64,000 nucleotides of DNA from Ginglymostoma cirratum (Eukaryota): positions 59,475,309-59,539,308 of the forward strand of contig JAHRHZ010000283.1 of NCBI GenBank assembly GCA_024137785.1, in the 5' to 3' direction. This document shows, one piece after another, positions 26,190-38,913 of this stretch. Under the pieces are notes generated by a model. That model searched no databases and had not been told where the DNA came from. It worked only from the letters and a program-made list of their open reading frames with translations. How positions within the stretch are numbered: the first letter of the stretch is position 1; every line of letters starts with the position of its first letter. A program made the translations under genes and the position numbers.

Positions 26190-27020
26190 TGGACACAAGA
26201 AATCTGCAAGGGGGTATTGATAGGCAAAAACTAGGCAGATGGAGTTTAATATAGGAAAGTGCGTGAGCGTGTGTGTGTGTGAAGAATTGAAATGCAGGAT
26301 GTTAAACAGCGAGCGACTCCAATGAAGTACAGTGCAGAAGGATCTGGATGCTCTTATGCATGAAACACAAAAGGTTAGCATGTAGGTGCAACAAGTAGTT
26401 AGAAGGCAAATGGATTTTTTTGCCTTTCTGGTTTGGAAAGTTGGAGCTTAAAAATAATTGAAGTTTTTTGTTCCAACTGTGCAGTACACTGGTGAGGCTG
26501 CATCTGGAATATTGTGTATAGTTTTGATTTTCTGTATTTCAGAAAGGATATACTGGCATAGGAATCAGTCCATAGAGATTCACTAAGCTGGTTCCTGGGC
26601 TGAGGGGATTGACTCCAGGATGGCTAAACACAGCTCTTTATGCCTTAGAGCTCAGAAGAATGAGGTGTGATCTCATTGAAACATAACAAGATTTCTTGGG
26701 GTAAGATGTTGCAAAGATGTTTCTGTTAGTGGGGAAGCCTTGGACAAAAGACATAGGTACAGAATATGGTGCCTCTCATTTGAAACTGAGATGTGAAGGA
26801 ATTTCTTGAGGTTAGTGGAAGGCTTGAATTTTCTATCCCACGGCATTGTGGAGGCTAGATCATCAAAAGTATTTAAAGAGGAGGGTGATAGATCGGTAGT
26901 CGAGGGCCATGTGGAAACAGGACTGAAGGCCTGAGGCAGTTCATTCATGATTTGATTAAATGGAGCATGAGCTTGATAGGACGAATGGCCAACCGCTCCA
27001 ATTTCTTCTGTTCCTTCTAC
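26190..27020 (+). mobile_element. Degraded CR1 LINE 3' portion
   Basis: WQMEFNIGKC, LVRLHLEYCV.F and RRMRCDLIETYK remnants. Confidence 0.8.
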
Positions 27021-28857
27021 TGAAATGTTTACGTTGTCACTTAGTGCTCTCTCAGTCTAACCACTCCATATCTCTTTATTTCTATTTACCTTTACATCTC
27101 TATACTGGACTGTTACTCCACCCTTTTTCCCTTGATGTTTTAAAACTATTATTTATACCAATTTCTTCATACTGACCACCACCACCACCCTCTTCTGTTT
27201 TTGAAGACCTTCTAACTGCCCTTTTTATCCTTTACCCTCTGGGATATTACAGTTCAGATGGAGGTTATCCTAGTGGCACAGTTCTTGCGTAAACCGCTGT
27301 CCTATGAAATTGAACCCGTCTTTCCTGTAGCACTCCCTCAGTCACATGTTCCTTTTCTTCATGTTCGCATACAATTGGAGTAATAATACAGATGTAGATT
27401 GATTACAGTTCTGTCTTTTTTTTAAATTTAGTTCATGGGTGCCTGGTGCTCTCCTACTGGATCTTTTTTGGTCTTTTCACATGGTGTTGGTCCCAATATG
27501 GACTGCAGCTATATTTCCCCATCTTCAAGTTAAATTTTTTCCTTCTCACTTTCAGATAGCTTCTTACTCCAAAGTGCCATGGTCTATCTGAATTGTCTGG
27601 CTTTATCCTTCTCGTCCACAGAGTACTGGTGGGTGGGGTCACTTATTGCGATCCTTGTTCTCCAGCTCACCTTGGGTTCCCCTTGCTTTGTACCTGATGG
27701 GTCACACTATCCTTGTCTCACGGAGAAGTACAGAATGACACACGTTCAAGCCCTGGAGCAAACTATCCAGATGCTGCTCTGCTGCCTTTCAATGACAATA
27801 TAGCACACTCCTAGTTCAGTGGCTATAAATAATAGAGATTCAAGACCAATCTGTAGGTGCATTCATTCAGGATAGTGTCACCGACCGCAAACTTGAAGGT
27901 TCTGCAGTTAGACACTCTGCCATGTCTTAGTCTGGATTACTTATATGTATTTCTTAGTTTCAGATTTCTGTTTTCCTTTTCTTACCCTTGCTGGCCTGGA
28001 GCAGTAAAACACTGAACAATAATGTACTGCTGGAAACTTAAATGAGCCACCAAAAGAACTGGAGGCAAAAAGCAGCATTCTCACTCTCTCAAAATCCTGT
28101 CTTTTTCATTCTAGGTTTACAAATTTACTCCATTTGCCACTATTGTCTGTGCCCCAGCACTGTGTGTGCTTGAGTTATTTTGCTACACCCTTTCAGACAT
28201 GTCCTGATCAGACAGCACTTGGACTCTGACCTTCTGCCCCAGAGGGAGGGACGACACCACTGTACCACAAGACCCAAAACAAGTTGCAAATACTCTGTTT
28301 TGTGATTATTTTCTAATCAACCTGTTCAGATATGTTGTTCTTACGCAGTTGGTGCAGGTAGGACTTAAAACCGGGCCTCTGACTCAGAGGTAGAGAGACT
28401 ACGACTTTGCTGCAAGACCTGAGGCAAGTTGCAAATAGTCTGTTCCCTACTGAGAGTAACTGGCTTCTATTTAGAGGATTCTTAAAAGTTAATTGGCAAC
28501 AACAGGCAGTTTTCATTTGTTTGCTTAGTTCATTTTTAATTTTTCAAATTCTACATTAAAGTTAAAATGTTCACCCACTGCTTGTCAAAGTTCCCATTTT
28601 CACCAAATTCCCAATTTTCACATTCTGTTTATAAATGCACTGCACTTCCATCCACAGTTTGCAGCTGATAAAATGCTTTTTGAACTTTAATAATTTGTAA
28701 AAAGTGCAACAACTAATTTGCACGTAAGCACCCACAGACGGCGATGTGATAATGACAACAAAATCTGTTTGTTGTTTTTTTTTTTATTGCGTGATAAATG
28801 TGCGCAGAGGTTTAATTCAAAAGGTTTAAATTCGAAGTAAGGATTCAGATTTAATTC

Positions 28858-29093
28858 AAAATAAAAACCGAAAGAACTGCGGAAGCTGTAAATCGGGAAC
28901 GAAGACAAGTTGCTGGAAAAGCTCGTCAGGTCTGGCAGCATCTGTGAGGGAAAAAAAATCAGTTAACATTTCGGGTCCGGTGACCCTTCCTCAGAACTGT
29001 CAGAAATCAGTTAACTCTGATTTTTTTTTTTCTTAGATGCCACCAGACCTGCTGAGCTTTTCCAGCAACCTCTATCTTTGTTCCTGATTTAAA
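28858..29093. mobile_element. Penelope-like inverted pLTR (family B) with hammerhead on the minus strand
   Basis: Inverted arms ~28885-28967 and ~29009-29091; possible ATTTAATTC duplication at 28849-28857 and 29094-29102. Confidence 0.75.
28960..28999 (-). ncRNA. Minimal type-I hammerhead ribozyme motif
   Basis: CAGUU-CUGAGGA-A-GGGUC ACCG GACCC-GAAA-UGUU-AACUG: 5-bp helix I, 5-bp helix II, intact core, helix III vestigial. Confidence 0.7.
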
Positions 29094-29658
29094 ATTTAAT
29101 TCTCTGTCCTCATAGAGTGGGGCTGTGAGATATTCTGAAAGATACAGGTCCTTGGCTTAACATCTTAACCAAAAGATGGTTCTTCAGTACTGCATCAGGG
29201 TGGTATTTTAGGTTTTTGGTTTGTGTCTCTCGGGCAGAACTTGAACCCTTGACTTTCCAACTCAGAAAGAGTGATACCATTGGCTGACTATAAGCTGCCT
29301 TGTTGAAGACGGTACATGTTGGACATGCAGTCTAACAATACAGTGGCAGTCGGAGAGTAAACATTTGGGTATCAGTGGCAGACATGCAGAAGCTAACTGC
29401 AAGATAATGTCAGGAAGGGGCAGTAAATGAGGGACAGGCCCTTTTTTGACTTAAGATATAATGAAGTGGTGGGAAGGAATGTTATTGCTAAAAGTAGCCT
29501 GGCTGTGTTGGAGTATGTAAGGATGGAATTAAAGAAGGAGAATGGAGAATGGTGGTCCAGTTACTCGAAATGCTGAGAAGAAAATGCCTGTTCTGTAGCA
29601 ATATTGACATATTGCAGTTAAGCTGCTAAATGTGGCATAGTCAAGATAAATGTCATAG

Positions 29659-30063
29659 AGCTGGTTTGTTGACTTGCTCGCCGAGCTGGCTTGTTCTCGT
29701 TCTGACACTACGTCACCGTGCTAGGTAACATCATCAGTGAGGCCTCTGATGGAGCGATGTTGTTCTACTCCGCTCAGAATTTATACTGTCCGGTCCATTA
29801 TGGTGAGTACTGTCATTTCCAGTTTTTGTTCCGTATGGGTTTGTATACATACAGAACAAAAACTGGAAATGACAGTACTCACCATAATGGACCGGACAAT
29901 ATTAATTCTGAGTGGAGTAGAACAACATCGCTCCATCAGAGGCCTCACTGATGATGTTACCTCGCATGGTGACGAAGTGTCGGAACGAAAACAAGCCAGC
30001 TCGGTGAGCAAGTCAACAACTTTTGCTCACAACCCAAGTTACAGACCTTTGCTAAGACTTTAA
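29659..30063. mobile_element. Penelope-like inverted pLTR (family C): 172-bp-arm palindrome
   Basis: Arms 29666-29837 and 29848-30019, 10-nt loop; each arm has CTGATGA-T-GTTACC..GGTGAC-G(A/T)AG-TGTC; 13-bp TSD ATAAATGTCATAG at 29646-29658 and 30064-30076. Confidence 0.85.
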
Positions 30064-30859
30064 ATAAATGTCATAGGGCTATTTGTTCCTCACACACTCA
30101 TCAATATTATCAGTAGGGTGGGATAAGCATCATGTGCAGCGTTAACATCAGTACAAAGAGATCTGTCTGTTTCTGTGCTGTAAATTCTGTGTAACTATGT
30201 TTTATGTAAGGTGACACTCTTTACAGACATTTTATTGTGCCGAACTGTGCACTTGTGCCTGGCTTAATTGCATTAAAATCTGTTGAACTAATTGAATTGC
30301 TTAAATCTGTGGGTTCAGTCCGTCCTTTTGGAATATGACTTGTTTTATTTGTTCTGTAAGAGTTAACATAAAAATTTATCTTTTTAGAAAGCTTAATAGT
30401 GCTTTAAAACCGCTTGATTAGCAAGGTGATTGGCGATTGGCTCAATAATAGCCATTTAGTTCTGTATGAATGTGAATGGGTATGAGTTTAAAAGTTTATG
30501 GGTGGAAAACTATTCTTCATTGAAAAATCATTAAATCTTTAGTAAAACTCAATTTTTATTCAAGCAAAACTAACCACGTAAGCAAATGGATTAATTTATT
30601 CAAACTCCAATACACTAATTTCTAGTCAATGTTAGCCATCAATGCAAAATTTGTTACAATTTTGCATCTGGAAATAGTGGTCAGAATAAAGTGGGCACCT
30701 TAAATGAATAATGAGGACATTGTCAATAAAAAATTTAGGAATTGGCGGGCATTTTGATAATTATGTTGCATCAGTTTTATACTAAAGAGGTCACAGTACT
30801 AGAACGTTGGATGAAGGACAACAATTTAGCAAAATTAACAACAATAACCAAAACTGGGG

Positions 30860-32165
30860 CATGAAAGAGCGCAAATTCCCAAGATCCGATGCTTTCGCTA
30901 CCACGATTTCAAAGGAAATGGATGAGAGCATTCCAGTTACAGCATCTGCAGTTTTCAAAAGTTTTATTTGATTGTGGAATTGTTTCTCTACATTTAGAAA
31001 ATTTGTGTTACTTCAGTATTTCGGAAATTGCAGACTGAAACCAGACATTTATAGACTGGCTTAACATCTGTTGAAAGTTACTGAACAGTAATTTAAAAAT
31101 AGATTGGCCGAACCCTGAAAACTTGCAGCTAATCAGAGGGGGAAAACCAGCGTGAATTTGTATGTCATGCTTGACGAACTTGATTGAAGTTCCGAAGCTG
31201 TGACTAAACTAGTGTACTAGGATGTTGTCATTATGTCTGTTTATTTAAAATGGACTTTTTGAAGGCATTTCATGAAACCCTTTACTTTAGCTGCTGGCTA
31301 AAGTTGAAGGCAAATTATTGATTTGGTTAGAACATTGGATAAGTGTCAGGGAATTGAGTCCTGCATAATAGATATTTGAACTTGCAAAGAGCACTGAATA
31401 GATTGTAAATGTGCAAAGCTGTGAGAAATACATTTCAATGTAGGCAAATGTAAGGTCAGCCACCTTGCACCCAAAAAGGACAGAATGAGGTTTCTTTTTA
31501 AATGATGGAAAGCTAGAAACAAAGGAATTGTAAAGAGATCCGTGTGTCCAGGCACTGAGTTATTAAAATGTCATGAACAGTTACAGAACAATTAGGAAGG
31601 GTATTGGAAGCCGTCATTAGAATACAAGGACGAGAGAGAGAGAGAAAACACTGTCTGCAGTTCTAGATATCAGACCTTGGGATGGAATATATTGATCTTG
31701 GGGAGTGCGTGCAGCATTGATTTACGAGAATACTATGTAGGACAAGGCATAAATTCTCAATGAGATTACAGAAACTAGGGTTGCATAATCTGAATTTGGA
31801 GGATGAGTCATGGTTTGATTCAAGTTTTCAGTCAATTAAAGGAAAATAGAAGGAGTTGACAAAGAACTATCAATTGGTGCTAGCTGGGAGATACTGACTA
31901 GGAAACATAGTCGTAAAAAAGTTTCCGTTTTTTTAGGAGTGAAGTTGGGAAAGACTTTGCCACACTGCAGATGAGGCTTAGAAGTCTTTTCTGTAAACAG
32001 TAATTGATGCAGGATTAATTGTTAGTTTTAAATCTGACGTTTTTGTTGAGCAAAGATGTTGAGCAATATGTGGGTAAAGGTAGATATACAGAATTAGGTG
32101 TAGATGAGTTATGATCACTCTTTAAAAATTGGACGAAGCTCAATGGCATGCTCCTGTTTCTATTG
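30860..32165 (+). mobile_element. Old, heavily degraded CR1 LINE
   Basis: Scattered KxPxxD, YRL..LTSV, CLTNLIE and FNVGKCKV.H remnants. Confidence 0.6.
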
Positions 32166-33176
32166 TAAATGGTACTGGTGGTCAAGGGAGAATGGGAGAC
32201 CGGTAATCTTTTGAAGCTCATCCTTTGTCCTGAATTGCCACATAAATGAGTCTAAGTAGTTTTGTTTAAATTGTCTAGTCCTTTTTTGCTTTTTACAGCT
32301 GCCACGTTCTTAATTTTAAACTATTTTATGCTGATCTGTTCCAATCACCCTAGAATCATTTACAGGTTGAAGCAGCTTGATAGTTTTAGGAGCAGTTTTT
32401 CAGAACTGAGATCACTGCACACAAGATGGTTAGAATATTCTGAAGGCCTTATTGCCCTCTGTGTCTGAATTTCTTATCTGGACCAAAAAACAAACTGTTA
32501 CAACTGCCTTCTTTCCCATTTGATGAAAGTGTAGTGAAGCAGATGATATGTGCTGCTTAGCTGACATTCTCATTATTCATTTGGGACCCACTCTACACAA
32601 GGACAGCACTTTCTGTGCTGTAGAATCTTTCAATGCACAAACCAGTTAACCTATCATACTTATGGCCACCCTTAGTGGAAAAATATTTAATTGGCCTTGG
32701 CCAACGCCCTGCATTTTTTTTTTTTCTTTCATAACTGTACATCCAATTCTCTTGTTTTGAAATGTCAAAAACTCTCTCCTTGAAGGTTACTATTGAATCT
32801 GCTTCCAACAACTTTTAAGCTGTGGGCAGTTTAACATTGATTATATTCTGTAAATAGTTAGGTGTATGAATCCTGCAATGGTTTTAATTTTAAGCTGCTG
32901 CTCACTTTTGAGTTTTGTTTACCATCCGTACTCTTGACTGGCGTTGGCACAAGTCTGGCACTTGCATCAGGATCTCATGTTAAGACAGACTGACTGAAAT
33001 GGCTTTAGGACATTAGTAACGGGTACCAAAGCATATTCCTATCCTCTTCTCTCGACTGTTTGTTAAAGTGTCTGCTATTTAACTGGTAACAATGCATAGT
33101 TCACTTTCTATTACTGCCATGATCACAGTTTTAAATGATTAAATGCTAATCAACTTGTGACTGATGTGATTTTTAG

Positions 33177-33282
33177 CATCTTGGTGCCACTCTGCCAGAT
33201 AATGAGGAGTATCAGGAAATGGTCTGTCGGAGCTGTATGAAGAGATGTTCGTTTCTTTGGGCCTATGCAACACATGTGGCAG
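33177..33282 (+). CDS. UBR7: UBR7 exon 6
   Basis: HLGATLPDNEEYQEMVCRSCMKRCSFLWAYATHVA; 106 nt, phase 1. Confidence 0.95.
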
Positions 33283-33784
33283 GTAGGAAGTATCTTGGTT
33301 CACCTTCAGTTGAGGGTATTATCTGTATTGAACAATGCTAAGTTTTAGTAAAATTACTAGTTATAAGCAGCTGGTTGAATGTAGCCGTCAACCCCTTCGC
33401 TGTTCAGCAATGTTAAGCCTGCTTAACCACTACATCAGACCCAGCTCTGCTGTGTAATGTTAACTGCTTTTAAAATGAACAAATACAGAGGAGCCACACT
33501 TTCACCTTGTATGCTTTTGGTCTGTTTTCACTGACCTTGGTAAAGCATGTTGGTTAGGGTTCAGTGTAACTCGGGTACTAAAATAAACACACACAAGTCT
33601 AGAGAACTCAGCAGAACTATGGCGAGAGAAACAGTTTAAAAGTTTCACAAGGACCTTTCTTCAAAACCAAGCTCATTAGAACAGATGAGCCCATGACCGT
33701 CTAAGCTGCCTAACCTTCAAGGACAGGTAGATGAGCTAATGTCCAAATGTCTGACTCTAACCTGCCTGTCAGTCTGTCTGACTT

Positions 33785-33873
33785 AACAAGGCGTGGGGCT
33801 GGATGAACACAGCAGGCCAAGCAGCATCATAGGAGCAGGAAAACTTGACGTTTCGGGCCTACACCCTTCTTCA
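33785..33873 (-). mobile_element. 89-bp Penelope family-A insert starting at the hammerhead core
   Basis: Reverse complement TGAAGA-A-GGGT GTAG GCCC-GAAACGTC-AAG...; TSD AGTC(T/C)GTCTGACTT at 33771-33784 and 33874-33887. Confidence 0.8.
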
Positions 33874-34758
33874 AGTCCGTCTGACTTGCTGTCTGAATTT
33901 TTTATCTTCTGTGGGGGTAGTGGCTAACCAGGCAAAATCTGTCACTTGTATAAATCTGACTGCAAGCCATCGTAGCAGCAAATGTTTCCCACCTTCAAGA
34001 TTAACAAAGAAAACCTTTCCTTACCAACCTTACACCTACATTTGATGAGGGGAAAGCCACCATCATTGTGTAAGCGAATGTTGTTTTAGATTGGCTTTGG
34101 TCCATTTGAAAGCCAAACTGTGATTGCATGTAGCCTACTGGAGATTATCCCCCTCTTAAGAAGATTGCTTAGCTTTGACTGATTTTGATTTTAAAGTCGT
34201 TTTTTTGTTTTGTGTGTTTTTAATCCTGTATTAAAACAGCTCCAGATGTTTTCGTTGAATGACAAAATGCCAAACTCTGCTCTAAACAAGAGTTGTAATG
34301 GACTTGAAATGTGGACTCTTGCTTTTCAACAAGAAACGCTCTTGTTTGTCCTCTCCCCAGGTGCTGCTAGATCTGTTGAGTTCTCCAGCACATTTTGCTC
34401 CTTTTTGAAGTATCAAACCACAATTTTGTAGTGTTCATGATTACACCTTGCATTTATTGAAGACTGGCATTACTTGGATGGGTCATTGCTTTTTAGTGCA
34501 TCGTCAATAGATAATATTGGTGGGTGGAACTGAACATTGGATGGGGGGGGAGGGAAAGAGTAAATGTTTTGTTATCTTTTATGGCTATTTTAGCTCGATT
34601 GATAAGGAAGAATATGAATGGGAGGTAGCCTATCCAGAGGTGTTAAAGTACCCTGCTGACATTCATCATGGTGGGGGTGGGAGTAGGGGAATGGGTGGGA
34701 GTAGGGGAAGAGTCTGATATCTGGTTATTAAAGCTTGGTTTTTGTATGCTTCTCCCAG

Positions 34759-34952
34759 TGACCAAAGCATCAGACGTTGGTAACAGTGGATCACTGACCA
34801 AAGTGGAAGATGGCACTGTTGATGTGTGCTCGATACAGGAAAATGGCGATGTACATAATCAGAATGCAATGACTTTTGAAACAAAACCTGACGAAACTGC
34901 AGCCAAACACAACGAGCCCTCCACAAGCTATAAAGTAGAAGAGAAGCCTGAG
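34759..34952 (+). CDS. UBR7: UBR7 exon 7 (variable linker)
   Basis: (V)TKASDVG...QENGDVH...KVEEKPE; VTK start and ENG motif as in human; 194 nt restores phase 0. Confidence 0.85.
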
Positions 34953-35416
34953 GTGACATTTATTTTAGTGAAAATCTACTCTGTTTACTGTGGGTGAACC
35001 AAGTTGACTTTCCATCTTCCTCTAATTGAAGATTGAATCAGTGTCTGTGTGCATGGTTTACAAAAATTCACAACTTGTGCTTCATGTTATTGGAATGCTT
35101 TCTCCCGTGAAATAAGCCAGGGTTGAGTGCTTTATTTTCAAGTGAATTTTGACGAGAGACATTCACAGCGCAGGAGACCCTTCAGTCCATTGAGTATGTG
35201 TTGGCTGTCAGAATGACCTAGCCATTAGTCTCCTCTTCTAATTCTTTCTAAAAACCCATACAAATCATATTGGTTAGGCTGCATTTAGAATATTGCATCC
35301 AATTTTCAGCAATTTGCATTTACTGTAATCTAGGGATAAACTGCTTTTGTTCTAAAGGGAGATTAGAAAACTTTCATTGGAACAAAGCAAGTTTTTAAAA
35401 AAAAGTATAAAAGTAT

Positions 35417-35510
35417 TTCTGAAGAAGGGTCTAGGCCCGAAACGTCAGCTTTCCCGCTCCTCTGATGCTGCTTGGCCTGCTGTGTTCATCCAGCTCTACA
35501 CCTTGTTATC
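35417..35510 (+). mobile_element. ~93-bp Penelope family-A insert with intact hammerhead core
   Basis: TTT-CTGAAGA-A-GGGT CTAG GCCC-GAAACGTC-AGC at 35416-35449. Confidence 0.8.
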
Positions 35511-35792
35511 TTTAAAAAAAAAGAGTAGAAATGACTTGGAAAGTTGAGAAATTTTGATAAGGCAAATAGAGGGAAACTACATGTGGATGTATATATACAC
35601 TCAATAATTGGCACCAACATTTTCAATAGTGAGGTGTGAAGTGGCATGCTTTGTTAGAAAGAACAAGAAGGCCACTGACTGCTTTGTTAATGAGTCTAAA
35701 TGCCACAGGAGTAAAAGAATCCAGGGGTAATACAGAAATGACAAAGTACTGGCATAGTTTAACTGCCTATCTCTTTGGCCTTGAAACTGCTC

Positions 35793-36212
35793 AACTCGTC
35801 CCCGCCTCCCTAACCTGTTCTTCCTCTCACCTATCCCCTCCTCCCACCTCAAGCCGCATCCCCATCTCCTATCTACTAACCTCATCCCGCCCCCTTGACC
35901 TGTCAGTCCTCCCTGGACTGACCTATCTCCTCCCTACCCCCCACCTACACCCACCTTTACTGGCTCCAACCCCGCCTCTTCGACTTGTCTGCCTCCTCTC
36001 CACCTATCCTCTCCTCTATCCATCTTCTATCCACCTCCCCTTCTCTCCCTATTTATTTCAGAACCCTCTTCCCCTCCCCCATTTCTGATGAAGGGTCTAG
36101 GCCTGAAACGTTAAGCCTTCCTGCTCCTATGATGCTGCTTGACCTGCTGTGTTCATCCAGCCCCACAGCTTGTCATCTCGGATTCTCCAGCATCTGCAGT
36201 ACCTATTATCTC
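35793..36212 (+). mobile_element. Longer Penelope family-A pLTR (pyrimidine-rich body + hammerhead + tail)
   Basis: C/T-rich tract, then ATTT-CTGATGA-A-GGGT CTAG GCCT-GAAACGTT-AAG at 36081-36115 and tail ...cagcatctgcagtacctattatctc. Confidence 0.8.
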
Positions 36213-36729
36213 TGATACTATATTACAAAAGGATTCCAATTACAAAATAGATTGACGATTTCTGGAAAGATAGAATTGGAAAGCAGAAAAGACATTGATA
36301 AACTTGTAGTCTAAACTAATAATTATACATTTTGGAGTTCTGCAAATCTGTGAATTGTTCTGATCTTTCTCTGATTTAAACAAAACTTGTATTCCATGGC
36401 CTGTATATATATTAAATTACAAGAATAATTTTAGTTCCAAGATTATCTGTGAAGATGGAACCAGTTGCGATTTGCTTATCTCTTTTGGAGAAGTACAAGG
36501 GTTGTTCTTTTTTAAATGATGATGCTCGATGGGGTAGACATAAAGAATTTCCACTTGTAGAAGATTTAATAATGGGACCAAAATGGCTAATAAATCCAAA
36601 ATGGAAGTCTGTACGGCAAGGAACAGTTGAGGTGAAAAGCATTGATACGTTCATGAGGAAGCCAGACACACCTTGAGCAGAAAGCATTGTTGATGGGCTT
36701 GGAAGGAGACTTGTCGTTTTCTTTTTTTA

Positions 36730-37212
36730 AATTCATTCTCGGGGTATGGGCATCAGTGGGCAGGCTAGCATTTATTACCCTTCCCTAATTACCCCCAGGG
36801 CAGTTAAGAGAGAACCACATTGCTGATGCAGGTTTGGAGTCACATGTACTCCAGACCAGATGAGGATGACCGATTTTCTTCCCTGGAGGACATTAGTGAA
36901 CCAGACGAGTTGTTTTCTGACAATCAACAATGGTTTCATGGTCATCATGAATCAGTAAAATCTGAAATTAAAGTGCCATGGCAGGATTTGAACCCATGTT
37001 CCTTGAATATTATCTGTGTCTCTGGATTAATAGTCCAGCAACAATATTACTAGGTGATTGATAGTGAATAGTTTAGCTGCTTCCTTATTTTTAAAAATGC
37101 CAGATTTTATTGAATTTATTGAATTCATCAAATGAAAGCGGGATTTGAACCCATGTTCGGTAAGGTGGGATATTGGATTACTAGCCTGGTGATATTACCA
37201 CAAGGCCACTCT
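36730..37212 (-). mobile_element. Family-2 SINE plus a second partial head
   Basis: Reverse complement of the 13855-14200 family; B-box ggatttgaaccc occurs twice. Confidence 0.7.
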
Positions 37213-38057
37213 AAGGTCTTCCCTCCATGTGGATCATAAATGCTGGTATTAACCAGTATGGCTGAATGGCCTGTGTGCTTTGACTTGATGTACTCTGATT
37301 TTTGCTTTTGATCTGCTTCATTGCCTGTCGTAATAAAAGCTCTTGAGTATTGTCAAAGTGTAGTACTGGTGTAAAGCCAAGAAGACCAGGCGCTGCCACA
37401 TGAGTCTTCCATTAAACATTTTGGAGCATTATAAAGCAAGTGAAGGATTCTGCCCTGAGCTATGCTGTAAAGCAAACACAGCACTGCACTTCTAGCAGTG
37501 TTGTTCTTTTGTGTTTTAACTCTTTAGTCCAATTATCAAAACTCCAGCTGTCATTCAAATGCTTCTTTTCAGTTACAATTACCCTCCGGCTTTTGTAATT
37601 CACTCACTTTGGCTGACCTGTGATTAAATCACTGTGACTGTGTAATCTTTGAAGGACTGTATGGAGTTTACAAGTCATCTGATCTGGTTATGGACATCCC
37701 AATAATTCAAAAGTTCATGTGAAGTTACTTGGGTTTCAATTCCATGGTTTAGCTAATCAGTCTGAACCCCTTAGCAGGCAGTCAGTTACTCTGACCCCCC
37801 ATGACCCATCTTTAAAAAGTTACTAGAATGCTGTAGTTTTGAGTGTGCTCCTTCGATTAAGATGTTTGACATCTGAAGTTGTTTTAATATAAACATAACT
37901 TACCATGTCAGAGACTAGTAATTTTTAAGTAGAAATTCAAATTCAGTTTTTAACCGAAAAGGCCATGCAATGAGTTTGGTGAGACCAAGCAGAGACTCAA
38001 GACTGTTTTGTGTAGCATCTGCGTTCTGTACATGACAAACAACACCTTCTGGTCACG

Positions 38058-38913
38058 GAGATAATAGGTACTGCAGATGCTGGAGAATCTGAGGTAACAA
38101 GGTGTGGAGCTGGATGAACACAGCAGGCCAAGCAGCATCATAGGAGCAGGAAAGCTTGACGTTTNNNNNNNNNNNNNNNNNNNNNNNNNNNNNNNNNNNN
38201 NNNNNNNNNNNNNNNNNNNNNNNNNNNNNNNNNNNNNNNNNNNNNNNNNNNNNNNNNNNNNNNNNNNNNNNNNNNNNNNNNNNNNNNNNNNNNNNNNNNN
38301 NNNNNNNNNNNNNNNNNNNNNNNNNNNNNNNNNNNNNNNNNNNNNNNNNNNNNNNNNNNNNNNNNNNNNNNNNNNNNNNNNNNNNNNNNNNNNNNNNNNN
38401 NNNNNNNNNNNNNNNNNNNNNNNNNNNNNNNNNNNNNNNNNNNNNNNNNNNNNNNNNNNNNNNNNNNNNNNNNNNNNNNNNNNNNNNNNNNNNNNNNNNN
38501 NNNNNNNNNNNNNNNNNNNNNNNNNNNNNNNNNNNNNNNNNNNNNNNNNNNNNNNNNNNNNNNNCCTAAACATGAATTTCACCAGTTTTAAAATCTCCCC
38601 GCCCCCAGCCTCATCCCATGACCAACTCTCCCCCCTCATCTCTGCCTCCTTGACCTGACACAACCTGACCATGTTCTCTCCCACCTATCCGCTCCTCCCA
38701 CCTCATTGACCAATCCCCACCACTCCCTACCTGCACTCACCTATCACCTTCCCACCAACCTTCGCCAGCCCCACCCCTCTTCTCTTTGTTTGTTTGTTTG
38801 TTTCTGAGCTCCTTCCCCCCCCCCTCCCCATTTCTAAAGGGTCCTGGCCTGCTGTGTTCCTCCAGCTCCACACTTTTATCTCTCACTCCAGCATCAGCAG
38901 TTCTTGCTATTTC
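38058..38913. mobile_element. Penelope-like element with inverted 5' pLTR, spanning the assembly gap
   Basis: 38058-38164 is an inverted family-A tail; after the gap, ...LNMNFTSFKISPPP resembles the Penelope ORF end, followed by a pLTR with a partly deleted ribozyme. Confidence 0.7.
38165..38564. other. Assembly gap (400 N)
   Basis: Run of N. Confidence 1.

Larger units (their letters stand above)
28690..29290 (-). mobile_element. Deu-domain SINE interrupted by a Penelope insert
   Basis: aatttgcacgtaagcacccacagacggcgatgtgataatgac is the reverse Deu core; tRNA-like head at ~29230-29290. Confidence 0.55.

Noticed and set aside
29718-30063. Mirror-image ORFs on both strands
   Set aside because: A consequence of the palindrome, not coding.
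36449-36676. 75-aa ORF in UBR7 intron 7
   Set aside because: Resembles a decayed CR1 3' end, and UBR7 phases close without it.
37950-38684. Long ORFs of 137-244 aa
   Set aside because: Artefacts of translating through the N gap.
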